A stretch of DNA of 64,000 nucleotides. Source: Torpedo marmorata (Eukaryota). The DNA is taken from contig OZ360228.1 of the NCBI GenBank assembly GCA_977017645.1, forward strand, positions 30,752,001 to 30,816,000, in the 5' to 3' direction. Under the pieces are notes generated by a model. That model saw only the letters and a program-made list of their open reading frames with translations. It searched no databases and was not told the origin of the DNA. The translations under genes were made by a program, and so were the position numbers. Positions within the stretch are counted from its first letter, which is position 1. Each line of letters begins with the position of its first letter. Positions 50,303-63,354 of the stretch are shown piece by piece.

Positions 50303-51095
50303 GGGACAGCTCCAAAAGGCATCTTTCTCTTTCCCATACTACAATAGCTGCCTGCCTGATCATTTGTCTTTCTTGGGCAGAAAACAACGTTCCCATTATG
50401 GCATACATTTCATCCCAGGTATATATGTTGGGACCCAAGAACTGGTCTAATTGTTGCGCTAGTCCCATTGGATCTTCAAGTAAATTTTTAGTTTCCTTCT
50501 TGAAGGCTCGCACCTCTGTACTTGTTAGAGGCACATTCACATAACCAGTTCCCCCATTTGGGCCTCCCATCGGTACTTCTCTCAAAGGGCACATCTTTGC
50601 CCCGTCCTCGTCTTCCAGCCCTCGTCTGGTCTCAGCCCTTGTCATTATCTTCCTTCGGCAGCTGTCATCCGGGGGATCCCTCCCTTCTTCTCTCTCTCCC
50701 CTTTCCTGTCCATTTACTTCTTCATGAGAGGGCACTGCTTCAGGGGCTGAGACCTCAGGATTTAGTGGTGGAGGGGTGTAAGGAGGAGGTAGGTGGTTTA
50801 ATACTTCCCAGGGGGCTTCTCCTTCGTCCTTCTTCGTTTGCATTTTAAAACTTCTTGTTGAATCCCCGGGCCCTGGGACCCAACAGGAGGCATATTCCCT
50901 TTCATCCGGCTGCGGATGAGGCTTAGAATTTACATACACATTCAGAACCTGCCTTACCCATCCCTCATCTGACCCGAATGGTGGCCACCAAACTGACTGC
51001 CCTTTTATCGGTTGCTTTGACCATAAACTACTAAACCCGATCATTTTCATTTTCTGCTTTCCTCTCGTCCGTCCCAAATCCCAATTTGCTAACAT
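50289..51095 (-). CDS. gag: ERV gag (MA + N-terminal CA), truncated by deletion
   Basis: WPPFGS, PPPY late motif, PLREVPMGG..YVNVPLTSTEVRAFKKE; runs out of frame into RT sequence after VVWERE. Confidence 0.85.
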   Translation of the reverse strand: MLANWDLGRTRGKQKMKMIGFSSLWSKQPIKGQSVWWPPFGSDEGWVRQVLNVYVNSKPHPQPDEREYASCWVPGPGDSTRSFKMQTKKDEGEAPWEVLNHLPPPYTPPPLNPEVSAPEAVPSHEEVNGQERGEREEGRDPPDDSCRRKIMTRAETRRGLEDEDGAKMCPLREVPMGGPNGGTGYVNVPLTSTEVRAFKKETKNLLEDPMGLAQQLDQFLGPNIYTWDEMYAIMGTLFSAQERQMIRQAAIVVWERERCLLELSLGRR

Positions 51096-52482
51096 TCTCC
51101 CGAGGGGACTATCTGGAGGAACCTTCGGGAATACACCCGAACTCTCCTTCGGCTCCCTTTTCTTTGAGCCTGTCTAGGGGACTATCTGGAGGTACCTTCG
51201 GGAATACACCCGAACTCTCCTTTTGCTCCCTTTCGCCCGGTCACACCTTATCCTAGTAGTACCGTCGTACTCACTTACCCGGTGTGCCGCCCTGGACCGT
51301 CCTTCTACTTCTTCCCAGTCTTCCGCTCTGCGCTGTCCGGATATCACTCGCTCAAGCCGCGTGGGTACGACGAGCAAGGAGTCGGGGACCGCCGAACTCG
51401 GCGGGGTGCACCTTCTCCGATGTCCCTTCTCTCGACCCTCACGACCGGAGTGGGGATCCCGGACGAGTCCCCCAAGTTGTCAGAAAAGAACTCACACGGA
51501 GTCTCAGCAAAAGCAGCAGCGGTTGACTTTTAATAGTTACAAGTCTGCAGAGTTGGACTCAACTTGCTGTCAGAGCAGTTGAGTGCCTTTCCATCAGTGT
51601 AGCAGCCTTTTATACATTTATTTTACTCACAGGTTACATGAGTTCACATTCTGTTCTACCCCTTATCATCATGTACTTCTTAGGCATTTCATCCCCCATC
51701 ACTGTTTCTTTGTTTGCAGTACCATTTTTCTTGTTCCCCATATCTGCACAGGCATGCAGCTGCTATTTCAAAGAGCATTTTAACAGCACATTCTAACAGC
51801 AGAACATTAACTTTTCAAAGAGCATTTTAACAGCACATTCTAACAGCAGAACATTAACTTTTTCCTAACAGTGCTCATTGGCAGTGGATGGATCAGTGAG
51901 AATGCTAACCAGCAAACCAACACTAGAAAAACTTCTAACACGTGGCAATCATGGAAGTTGAGAAGACCCAGCTTGATCTTTGAAAAGTGCATTACACTAA
52001 ATATACTGATGTTGTATCATACAAGAGATGTTCACATTTTAAGGGAGTTGAACATAAAATGTTCTTAGGCACTTAAGCAATTTATGTAAAAATATGACCA
52101 AAATGTTTATCAAATAATGTATTGAGGGTTTTTTAAAATTCATTAATTCTTGGGTTTGTAGGTATGAGCGTCAGGATTTTCGTTCCAGAGAGATTAGATT
52201 TAGGTTAAAGGATGATGATAAATTCCCAGGCCACACTGTGGGCCCACTTCCAAGTGGGGATGTTTGCCTGCAGGTTCTATTAGCGGAGCACAATGGGCCA
52301 GTGCTCATTTGGTGGCCTGCCAATACAGAGCAGAACTGTCTTTTGTGCAAGTAACATGCACAAAGAAGTAAAGAGGTTTCCCACATCCAGGGTGCAATCG
52401 CGAGCCACAACAAGTGGCAGGTGGATTGTGAAGAAGAGATGAAGTGTCGCCCAAGGATGGAGATTGGGTAAATCATTGTTAG

Positions 52483-52713
<231 letters not shown>

Positions 52714-53563
52714 TGAGCAGCATTATGTGTTTTATTTTGTCCATACCTTGATGAAGGGCTCAAAACGTTGGTTATGTATCTTTATCTTTGCTACATAAAG
52801 TACACTGTTTGACCTGCTGAGTTTCTCCAGCATTGTGTCTTTACTTCAATCATGGTGTCTGCAGACTTTCATGTTTTACTACAGTATGTGTTTTAATACT
52901 GAGCTCAAGAAATCTTTCAATTTTAACCAAAATGATTTTGTAAGATTGGACTGGTCAATTTACTGTGCCAAATGCAATGATGTCATTGCATTTTATAATT
53001 CAGTGGATGAAATTGTTGCTACCCTTTTTAGCATATGACTGTTAAATTTATGACAACATTGTGTTTTCTCATCCAAGCACCTGTTGCAGCAGTATTTAAT
53101 ATATATATATTTTTTTGCATTAATGTTCAATGTTTCAGAATGAAGCTTTGGAGAGAGATTGTCTGCATTGAAATCATCACACTTCTAAATGCTCTGAAAA
53201 TATGTTTATTTCAAGCAAAAACAGAATGAGAGGCCTGACTTTTGTTTTTGCTGTTTCCCAAATAAATGTGCAGGATATTATGAATTGGGGTGAAACCTGA
53301 CCTGCATCAAATAAAATTTGAACAGTTTACATGAATAGATTATGAAAGAAAACTTGAGAAAACACCTTTTTTGTGAGAAACTGTATTTGTTGCCTGCCTA
53401 TTCCGTTTTTTGTGATGGCAGCAGTTTTTTTTAAGTGAACAACCAATTCATAAATGATAAGTATTCATTCCATCATGCTGCTGATTTGTGCCAGATCGCT
53501 GCAAAGAGGAGAATACAGAATCTCCTACATCTGACTAGCCATGCAAGTCACATGGTCCAATTA

Positions 53564-55464
53564 CCGTATATTTCAGCGTATAAGTCGACCGGCAGATAAG
53601 TCGACCCCCTTTTTCAGCCTCATTTTAATGGTTTTATTGTATATCCGGCGTATAAGTCGATCCCCAAAAATCGCGATGCCTGAGATATTGTGCATTGACC
53701 GGCGTATAAGTCGACCCTCAAAAATCGCGATGATTGCGCTACTGGGCGTTGACCGGCATATAGGTCGACCCACAACGATCGCGCTGATTGAGCTGCTGGG
53801 CGTTGGCTGGAGGTGATTGTTATCATGGAGGCTCAATTGAAACGACGATAGTATGAGGCGAGTTTTAAATTAAAAGTTATAGAAATGGCCAAGAAAACCA
53901 ACAACTGTGCTGCTGCAAGAAAATTTGATATATACGAGAAGTTGGTAAGAGATTGGAGGAAGAAAGAAGATACTTTAAGAAAAATACCAAAAAGGCAACG
54001 TTCGATGAGAAGAGGAATCACTCGTTGGCCAGAGTTGGAAAGTCATGTCGCAGTATGGGTACGTGAACAGAGGCAAGATTGCTACATTGTCACCCGAAAT
54101 AAAATAAGAACATTTGCACTGAAGTGGGCAAAGTCGCACCCAGAACTCAGTAATGATTTTGAAGCTACAGTCGACTGGTGCAACCGTTTCATGAACAGGA
54201 AAAATCTGGTTTTACGACAAAAAACTAAAATTGCTCAGAAACTACCAAAAGATCTTGATCATAAAGTTGTAAGTTTTCACCAGTTTATTTTACGTAACCG
54301 GCAGAAACACAAGTTTGCATTGGCAAATATTGGAAACATGGACGAAACCCCCATGAATTTTGACATGATAGGCAATAGAACAGTGGAATAGAAAGGTGTG
54401 AAAACTGTGCAAACGAGGAGTACAGGACATGAAAGGAGGACCAGGTTTACCGTGGTGTTATCGTCCATGGCCGATGGGACAAAGTTAAGACCCATGGTAA
54501 TCTTCAAGCGCAAACTTAAACCTAAAATAAATTTCCCAGCAGGTATTTTTGTACATTTTCATGAAAAAGGATGGATGGATGAAAATGGTGTAAAACTATG
54601 GATAGACAATGTGTGGAACAGGCGGCCAGTCGGTTTACGCAAGGAACGGAGTTTGCTGGTCTGGGATATGTTTCGTAGCCACTTAACTGAGAACACTAAA
54701 AGTAGATTAGCACAACATAATACTTACATGGCGGTTATCCCAGGTGGTTTGATGTCTATATTGCAACCTCTCGATGTCTGCTTGAACAAGCCATTCAAAG
54801 ACCATGTGCGTGAAGAGTGGAATACATGGATGACGAATGCAGAAAAATCATTTACAAAAGGCGGGGCAATGCGTGCTGCATCGCTTGATGTGCTGTGTGA
54901 CTTCGTGCTCAAGGCATGGGACAAAGTGAAAGTAGAGACTGTAATAAAATCGTTTAAAAAGTGCGGTATCTCTTGTGCAATTGATGGTACGGAAGATGAT
55001 TTATTGTGGGACACTGCGACGAAGCTGAAGACGCCTCATCAGATACAGACTGGGACCCGTACGATGACTGTTTAAACAGTGAGACCCCGGATGTGCTTGC
55101 CGAGATCTTTGCCTCAGACGATGATAGCGAAAGTGATTTTGAAGGGTTCTAAATGTCTTGTTGTTTTCAATAAAAATGTCAATAAAAATTTGTTGCAGTC
55201 GGGTTTTTTTTTGGTTTTTCAAGGGTCGACTTATACGCCGAATCGTGTTTTCAAGGGTCGACTTATACACCGAATCAGGTTTTCAAGGGTCGACTTATAC
55301 GGCGAATCGGGTTTTCAAGGGTCGACTTATACGCCGAATCGGCGTGGAGTGGTTTTTGAGCTGATTTTAAGGTCTCAAAAGTATATCCGGCGTATAAGTC
55401 GACCCCCGTTTTTTGAGAGATTTTTGAGGGTTTCAAGACTCGACTTATATGCCAAAATATTCGG
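53564..55464 (+). mobile_element. pogo-superfamily DNA transposon (Passer/POGK-like, DD35D), full length but disabled
   Basis: TIRs CCG(T/A)ATATTT..GC(G/A)TATAAGTCGA, TA TSD; transposase from ATG 53825 with TAG stops at 53849-53851 and 54389-54391 and a late frameshift; NMDETP / WD / QPLD with 35-aa spacing. Confidence 0.93.
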
Positions 55465-55477
55465 TAATTGAACATAC

Positions 55478-55725
55478 GGGGCGGCACGGTTGGCATAGCA
55501 GTTAGCGCAACGTCTTTACAGCGCCAGTGATCGGGACCGGGGTTCGAATCCCGCACTGTCTGGAAGGAGTTCGTAAGTTCTCCTCGTGTCTGCATGGGTT
55601 TCCTCCCACCGTTTGAAACACACCGGGGGTTGTAGGTTAATTGGGTGTAAATTGGGCGGCACGGACTCGTGGGCCGAAATGGCCTGTTACCGTGTTGTAT
55701 GTCTAAATTTTAAAATTTTAAATTT
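55478..55725 (+). mobile_element. V-SINE-like tRNA SINE
   Basis: GGGCGGCACGGTTGGCATAGC..GGTTCGAATCC; homologous to 43705-43970 in opposite orientation. Confidence 0.85.
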
Positions 55726-55789
55726 AACATTTGACAAACACGTACCCATCCAGCCTTTTTACAGGATGGGAGTGGAAAGTTAATATCAC

Positions 55790-56680
55790 TCACTAGCATT
55801 ACCTTATGTTTTTTTCAACTGTCTGTCATCTCTGTGCAAATTTGCTCCTCCAATTCCCACTGACTATTGGGTGGTCTATTATACAATCCCATCAATGTGA
55901 TCATCCCTCTCTCATTCCTCAATTCTACCCGTATAGCCTCAGTAAATGACCCTCTGGTATGTCCTGCCTGAGCACTGATATTTTCCCTGACTAGCAATGC
56001 CACCCCTACCCCTTTCATCCCTGCCCCCTATCGCATCTGAAACAATGGAGCCCTGGAATATTGATCTGCCAGTCCTGCCCCTCCTGCAACCAAGTCTCAC
56101 TAATGGCCACAATGTCATAACTCAATGTGCTGATCCATGCTCTAAGCTTGTTTGCCTTTCCTGCAATGCTCCTTGCATTGAAGTAGATGCAACTCAGAAC
56201 ATTTTTCCCACCAAGCACAACCTTTCTATCTCTGTCTTTGTCTTCAGGCCTTAACAACATTTTTTTCCACCTCCACTCCACCATCTGCTCTGGCGCTCTG
56301 ATCCCATCTTCCTGCAAATCTCGTTTAAAAAAGGTAAAGGTTCCATTATTGTCACGTAACACTACATTTAGAATGTAACATACATGAAATTTTTTAATTT
56401 TTGTCTACCGTAAGGCCAATGATCCAGAAATCTGAAGCCCTCCCTCCTTCACCATCCCTTTAACCACATATGAAGCTGCATTATCCTTCTCAATCTGGCA
56501 TGTGGCACTGGTAACAATCCTGAGATCACAACCTCAAGCTCCTGTCTTTTAACTTAGCACCTAACTCCCTGAACTCACTTTGCAGGACCTCATCACCCCT
56601 CTTTTACCCACATCATTGTCCTGACATGGGCCACAACATCTAGCTGCTCACCCTCCCTTGAGACTGCTGTGGACTCGATC
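55790..56680 (-). mobile_element. CR1 ORF1/APE fragment
   Basis: CIYFNARSI..YDIVAISETWL; GVGVALLVRE; YNRPPNS. Confidence 0.8.
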
Positions 56681-57007
56681 TGAAACTTCGTGAAACACGA
56701 TAGGCTGCAGACACTATGATTATAGTAAACACACTGAAATGCTGGAGGAACTCAGCTGGTCTTTTCAGCATCTATAGGAGACAAAGATATATTGCTGACG
56801 TTTCGGGCCTGAGCCCTTCTTGAAGGAAAAATCAGAAAAGGCAGAAGCAGGATATATCAGAAAGTCTCAGAATTCAAACAATGGGGGAGGAATCCAGACC
56901 AACAAAAGGTGTTAATTGGATATGATAAGGGACGAGGTAGAATTTATCATGTCTGTGTGAAAGGAGACAGGGAATGGAGAGACGACGTGGGAAGAAGGGG
57001 GTGGGGG

Positions 57008-60000
57008 TATTACGTGCTCCCAGTTCATTTTCATTTGAGTGGGACTGTCACTTTAAGAGAACAAATCAAGCTGCAAGCCCTGCAAGCTTTGGAGATTGAC
57101 TGTGGGTTGACAGGCTGGGACAGCGTGTACTTATTTTCGCTACTACTGAAGAGAGAGGAAGTGTCCCTGGAACACAGGTGCAGAGACCATGTGACCAACA
57201 TATTAAAGAAACAGTACACTGTTTGATGGGGGGCCATTTTAAGGAAGCAGCACAGGAACAGCAGCTCTTTGAGGAATACTGTGCTGAAGTGGCTTCATGT
57301 GGCCAAAGGAAAGGTCACTTTTGAAGGGGACGTTGAATTCCCCCCGTGGTCAAAGGAAAGGTCACTTTTGAAGGGAACTTGTTTAAACCCCATCACGACC
57401 ATTGTGACGGTCATTTCAGCTGACCCACGAAAGGGTTCTGGAGGCATCGTGAAAGTCACTCGCCTCATTTCCCCTACGCCAGGAAAAGGGGAATTTTGAC
57501 TACCACTCGTATGAAAGGACATTTCTCTGGAAGCACCTCGACAAGGATTTTGTGAGTTTACAAAAGTCTGTCACCCGGTCTCTCCAACCTACTTCGTGAC
57601 TACTTCATTGCATCAATTTAAAGCCTGCGTGTCAACACTGGATTCCTGAGACTGAGCTTTGAACTGACATTCCAGAATCGTGCCTGAGCGGTAATGGTTT
57701 GGGATATGCTACACACACACATAACCACACCCACATAAGTATATTCGCGCATAGTTGGGGGTTAAGTTTAGATAACTGTAGATAAGTTAGATAAGGTGTT
57801 ATATTATTGGTAATTAATAATAAAAATATTATTTTAAATATAACTGTCTTGGCTAATTTTTATTGCTTCTGTCTGAGTACGTAACAAAATTGGGGGCTCG
57901 TCCGGGATCACACCAAAGTGGGAGCTGGGTGATCGATTCATTTTCAATTTGATTGATTAGAATTTTTTTTGAGCCAATTAAAAGGCTTGTGTGTGGAACG
58001 ACAGCAGCGATGTACATTGAGATGTTTGTGGGATCGCCCACCTTTGCAGATTTGCAGGGGGGCGAAAAAAAGTAAGTTGTTGACTATCGCACAAAAGTTG
58101 GAACTGGCGGTGGTCAAACAATCGATAAAAAAGGCAGAGATCCAGAAAGTTATAGGTGACTAGTATGTAATCAAAGGGAAGTTTGGAGAGAAGGAGAGAA
58201 CACAAAGGCAATTCAATTTAGAAAAACTTCGATTTGAGGTTGAGAGAGAGAAAAAGCAGCTTGAGTTAGAAAAACTTAGAGATGCAGAGAGACAAAAGAA
58301 GTTTCAGCTAGAATTAGAAAGACTTGAAGCGGAGGAAGCCGAGAAACAAACGCGGTTTGAGCTGGAATTAGATAAACTTAGAAGGGAGAAAGCCGAGAGG
58401 CAAAGACAGTTTGAGGAAGAAATGGAAACTTGGCAGGAATCTGCTGAATTAGCAGATGAGTATGCTTTAACCCACAGGGTTAAGTTGGTGCCAAGTGGAA
58501 CCTTCAAGAGGGTTAAATTTGTGCCAAGTAAAACCTTCCAGAGGGGTACTGTGGAATATCCACGTAAGTTAGAAAACAAATTGGGAAATGACCTTGCAGA
58601 GGGTAACGTTGTCCCTGCGGAAAGGTTGACTGCCAAGCCAGTCATTGATGAAACAAAGACAGATTCGGATTATATATCCAGCCTGTGCAGTGACGTGAGC
58701 TATGTCTAAAAAGATTGCCAGTGCAGACGGTTTGGACCAGAGTTCTGGTGTTAAACCCAAGAGTAAGGATTTGTCGTTGTCCCGAAAAGAGTTTATAGTG
58801 GGGCAGAACAGAGATCCTGATCTTGCTGAGGTGAGAGATAAGGCTCTCTCTGAGGAGGAAATTAAGAAAGTGCCAATTGGAAATTATTTTAAGGAAGGGG
58901 TGCTAATGAGGAAGTGGAGACCACTTGATATCCCTGCCAATGAAGAATGGGAAATTGTTCACCAGGTTGTAGTTCCTAAAGCCTATAGGGACGGAATTTT
59001 AACCTTGGCCCATGGCACGCCCTTGGGTGGTCATCTTGGTGTAAAGAAAACTATCTATAAGATTATGAAACAATTCTATTGGCCTAGTCTGAGAAAAGAT
59101 GTTGTGACATTTTGCCGGACCTGTCACACTTGTCAGGTAGCGGGGAAACCTAATCAGGGTCCCCCAGTAGCTCCTTTAAAACCTATTCCTGCTTTTGGAG
59201 AACCTTTTTCTAAAGTTATTGTGGATTGCGTTGGCCCATTGCCCAAGACAAAAGCTGGGAATCAGTATTTGTTAACTGTCATGTGTACAGCATCCAGGTT
59301 TCCAGAAGCAATACCACTTAAAAATATTAAAGCTAAAACTGTGTCAAGAGCTCTTCTGAGATTTTTCACTTTAGTTGGTTTGCCTAATGAGATCCAATCA
59401 GACCAGGGAAGTAATTTCATGTCGGGACTGTTTCAGCAGATTGTTAATGAATTGGGAGCTAACCAAATCACATCATCTGCATATCATCCAGAATCTCAAG
59501 GGGCCTTGGACAGGTTCCAGTCGACCCTCAAAACTATGATGAGGACCTATTGTCTTGAGAATGAGAAGGACTGGGATGAGGGTGTCCATTTGCTTTTGTT
59601 TGCAGTAAGAGAATCTGTACAAGAATCATTAGTCTTTAGCCCTTTTGAGTTGGTGTTTGGACATCAAGTTAGAGGACCTTTAGTGTTGTTGAAGGAACAA
59701 TAGGTTAATGAGGATGTGCAGTTGAATTTGTTAGATTATGTTTCAAAATTTAAAGATCGTTTGCAGAAAGTCTGTGAATTGGCCGAAGAGAATTTAAAAA
59801 TGGCTCAAGTAAAAATGAAGGTCTGGTATGATAAAAAGGCTAGGGTGAGAACTTTTAAACCATGTGTAAAGTATTAACTCTTTTCCCAACAAATTCTAAT
59901 CCCCTTAGGGCAAAATTTTCAGGCCCTTATGAGAAAGGTGAATGAAGTTAACTACATAGTTAAAACACCTGATCGGAGACGTAAAACGCAGAGTTGCCAT

Positions 60001-63000
60001 GTCAATATGTTAAAACCTTATTTTGAGAACTTGGCTTTTAGCAAGGAACAGCCTTCACCAGAGGTATTGTTTTTGATAAAACTGAGGAGTTTACGGACCC
60101 TAAGGCAGCACAAGCTGACTCTTGTGAGGGTCACTTCAAACAAAATATTGTCCCAGTTCGTCTGTCTAATGCGAGTATTTTGCAGAATTTGGATGCTAAG
60201 TTGGCTCATCTTCAGCCCCAGGAAAAGGAACAAATGAAACAGCTACTTTTAAAATTTAGGAACCTGTTTCCAGATGTGCCTAAGAGAACCCCAGTAACTT
60301 GTCATGATGTTGATGTTGGAGATGCTAAACCTATCAAACAACATCCATATCGAATGAATGTTGAAAAGTGAAAACTGGTAGATCAAGAGATTGAATATAT
60401 GTTAAAGAATGATATTATTAGACGTTCTACCTCAGATTGGAGTTCACCTTGTGTCCTGGTGCCTAAATCAGATGGGACGGTTAGATTTTGCACTGATTAT
60501 AGGAAAGTTAATGCGGTAACAAAGTTGGATGCTTATCCTATCCCTAGGGTGGATGATTGTGTGGACAAGGTTGGAAAGGCTAAGTTTCTTACGAAGATGG
60601 ACTTATTAAAAGGTTACTGGTGTGTTCCCTCAACAGACAGAGGTAGGGAAATTTCTGCATTTGTGATCTCGTCAGGGTTATATGAATATAATATTTTGCC
60701 ATTTGGATTGAAAAATGCTCCAGGGACATTCCAAAGGATGATTAATATTATGTTACGTACTAGACCAGCAGCAATAGAAATACACCAAGACAATGGTATT
60801 TTCAAAAACAATAATTTTTATGAATAACTATTAATAACATAACACTTCTTACTTAACTCTAGCTTAACCCCACTTTGCGCAAAAAACCCCACTTTGCGCA
60901 AATGTATATATGTGTGTGTGTGTGTGTGTGGCAGGTCCCAACCATTACAGTTTAGGCACGATTGTAAAAAGAATCAATTTTTAATGTTCAGTCAGTTTTG
61001 TGTTGAAACTCAGATTCTTTAAATTGTTGCTCAAAATCAATTATGGAGTATTTTGAAACATCAAGTCATCAGACCTCTTTAAAACTCACAAATTTCTTGA
61101 TGAGTTGTTTTCAGAGTAATGTTTCTTCATACGAGTGATTTTTCCTCTCTTGCATGGAGGTTACAGTACTTGTGATCTCTGCACGATGATTTCAACAAAC
61201 CCAGGCAAGGGTTGAACGAAGTAACCATTTAAAAATGGTTATGTTTCAAATACAAGATTAATTTTCCTTTCTTAATCAAGAGTGACCATTTCAATGGACA
61301 CAACGAGACTGTCCTCTCTTTTAAAGAGACAGTCGGAAGTGGTTATTTTCTTCAAAACCACTTTTTCAGTGTTCCTCCTTTTCATAAGGAGAACACAAGC
61401 AGCCTTCCTTTTTCAAAGGATTGTTACTGTATTTCAATCCTGTGTGACTTCTTCTGGTCTCAAAATGTCTCTGTTTCAGTAATATGTTCTCTGAAAATGT
61501 CTCATCCATGACACGACCTCATTGCTATTACTTTGAAGTTACTTCAAAGTTACTTCACATCTATATGCTAAAAGCAAATGACTTCATCTCTGTCCACTCA
61601 AACCCACAATCAAGTGGCTGTTTTGTTTGAAGTTTCAATTCTAAAAACATGAGTAATCAAACAGATGGTCAGTTGTTTTGACCAGCAGTCCTTTTTGAGT
61701 ACACAAGTACTTCAGTTTTCAATGAACCATTCTTCTAATTCCATGGCATGTTTATACAGTTAGTAACTGACAACAATTTGCAGACAAATGGTCTCCGAGA
61801 TCTGCCAGCTGCCATTTCAAAGGATTTTCTGAGTGTAATTGTGTGTGTCTGTAAAATGTAAATGTATGTATGTGTCCTTCCAGCCCACTTATTCGCTTAC
61901 TAAGAAATAATATATAATATTTTATACCTAAAGATTAATATTAGCACAAATCCATCACATCTGTAACTCAAGGTTTAGAGCATCCGGATGCTTATATTGA
62001 TGATCTGGTTACAAAAATGACACATGGGAAGCACATATCTCTGAGTTAGAGAAATTATTTGACAAACTTTCAAAAGCAAACCCTACTGGTAATTTAGCTA
62101 AAAGTGAATTTGGCCATGCTACTGTGACTTATCTTGGCTATGTTGTTGGTCAGGGCAAGTTGGCGCTTGTCCGGGCGAAAGTTCAGACGATTTCTGAGTT
62201 TCCCATTCCTACGGGTAAGAAAACTGTTAGTAGATTTTTGGGAATGATAGGGTATTATAGAAAGTTCTGTAAAAGTTTTGCTGATATCGCCTTCCCTTAA
62301 CTAACCTTCCGAAGAAGGGTGAAAAGTTTGGACAGAATTTTGTCGAGAAGCATTTGATAAACTGAAAGCCATTTTATGTCACCAGTCTGTGCTTAAGTCA
62401 CCTGACTTTGAGAAGCTATTTTCTCTAGCAGTAGATGCTAGTGATGAAGCTGCAGGAGCAGTGCTATTACAAAGGAATGGTTGTGATGATATTGACCATC
62501 CAGTGGCTTACTTCTCCAAGAAATTCAATAAACATCAAAATAATTATTCTACTATAGAGAAAGAATTATTGTCCCTTGTACTGGCTTTGCAGCATTTCAA
62601 TGTTTACATCTGCACAGCTCAGGAACCACATTGTGTATACTGACCATAATCCCTTAGTGTTCTTGAGTAAAATGAAAAACAAAAATAGACGATTGTTAAA
62701 CTGGAGTCTAATTCTACAGGAATATGATTTAATGATAACTCATATTAAAGGCAAGGATAATGTAATTGCTGATTGCCTTTCAAGATGTTAAGTTTACAAC
62801 GTTACTGGAAAATGTTATATTTGTCTGTATTATGTCATGTAAATAGTGGATGTGTTATTTCAAACATTGTAGTTTGCAGTTAAAATTTTGCTCTTACAGC
62901 TCAAAATTTTCTTTCTTGGTGGGAGGTATTACGTGCTCCCAGTTCATTTTCATTTGAGTGGGGCTGTCACTTTAAGAGAACAAATCAAGCTGCAAGCCTT

Positions 63001-63240
63001 GCAAGCTTTGGAGATTGACTGTGGGTTGACAGGCTGGGACAGCGTGTACTCATTTTCGCTACTACTGAAAAGAGGAAGTGTCCCTGGAACACAGGTGCAC
63101 AGACCATGTGACCAACATATTAAAGAAACAGTACACTGTTTGATGGGGGGCCATTTTTAAGGAAGCAGCACAGGAGCAGCAGCTCTTTGAGGAATACTGT
63201 GCTGAAGTGGCTTCGTATGGCCAAAGGAAAGGTCACTTTT
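57008..63240 (+). mobile_element. Second Gmr1-like Gypsy element (IN-RT-RH order), decayed, with nested insertions
   Basis: 5' LTR 57008-57886; perfect tRNA-Pro PBS TGGGGGCTCGTCCGGGAT 57891-57908; integrase 58702-59703; RT (RFCTDYRKVN, PFGLKNAP, AYIDD); RNase H to 62791; PPT; 3' LTR starts 62927 and is interrupted at ~63240. Confidence 0.92.
60751..61959 (-). mobile_element. Solo LTR nested in the RT gene of the Gypsy element
   Basis: TGTTAC...CATCACA; left end resembles the reverse complement of the host LTR 3' end; RT frame MIN|SVTQGLEHPDAYIDD resumes at 61960. Confidence 0.75.
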
Positions 63241-63354
63241 TTTTTTGGAATATTTTATTTAATAATACAATTTTACCCCATCCCTTCTCCCCCTCCCCCC
63301 CAACCTCCCCCCCCCCACAAAATATGAATTTATATCACAAATATCTATAAGTAT
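63237..63354 (-). mobile_element. Probable L1-type 3' tail inserted into an LTR
   Basis: Poly-T, tttatt (AATAAA on -), C-rich tract like other L1 3'UTRs here. Confidence 0.55.

Larger units (their letters stand above)
46765..51870 (-). mobile_element. Class I (HERV-I/ERVIP-like) endogenous retrovirus, internally deleted, apparently identical LTRs
   Basis: 393-bp LTRs 46765-47157 and 51478-51870; TSD gtgct; PBS TGGGGG(A)CTCGTCCGGGAT tRNA-Pro (51456-51474); PPT AAAAGAAAAAGGGTGG; leader splice donor G|GTAAGT ~51273-51279. Confidence 0.95.

Noticed and set aside
55215-55340. Four ~31-bp direct repeats resembling a CRISPR array
   Set aside because: No unique spacers; they are subterminal repeats of a pogo transposon in a eukaryotic intron
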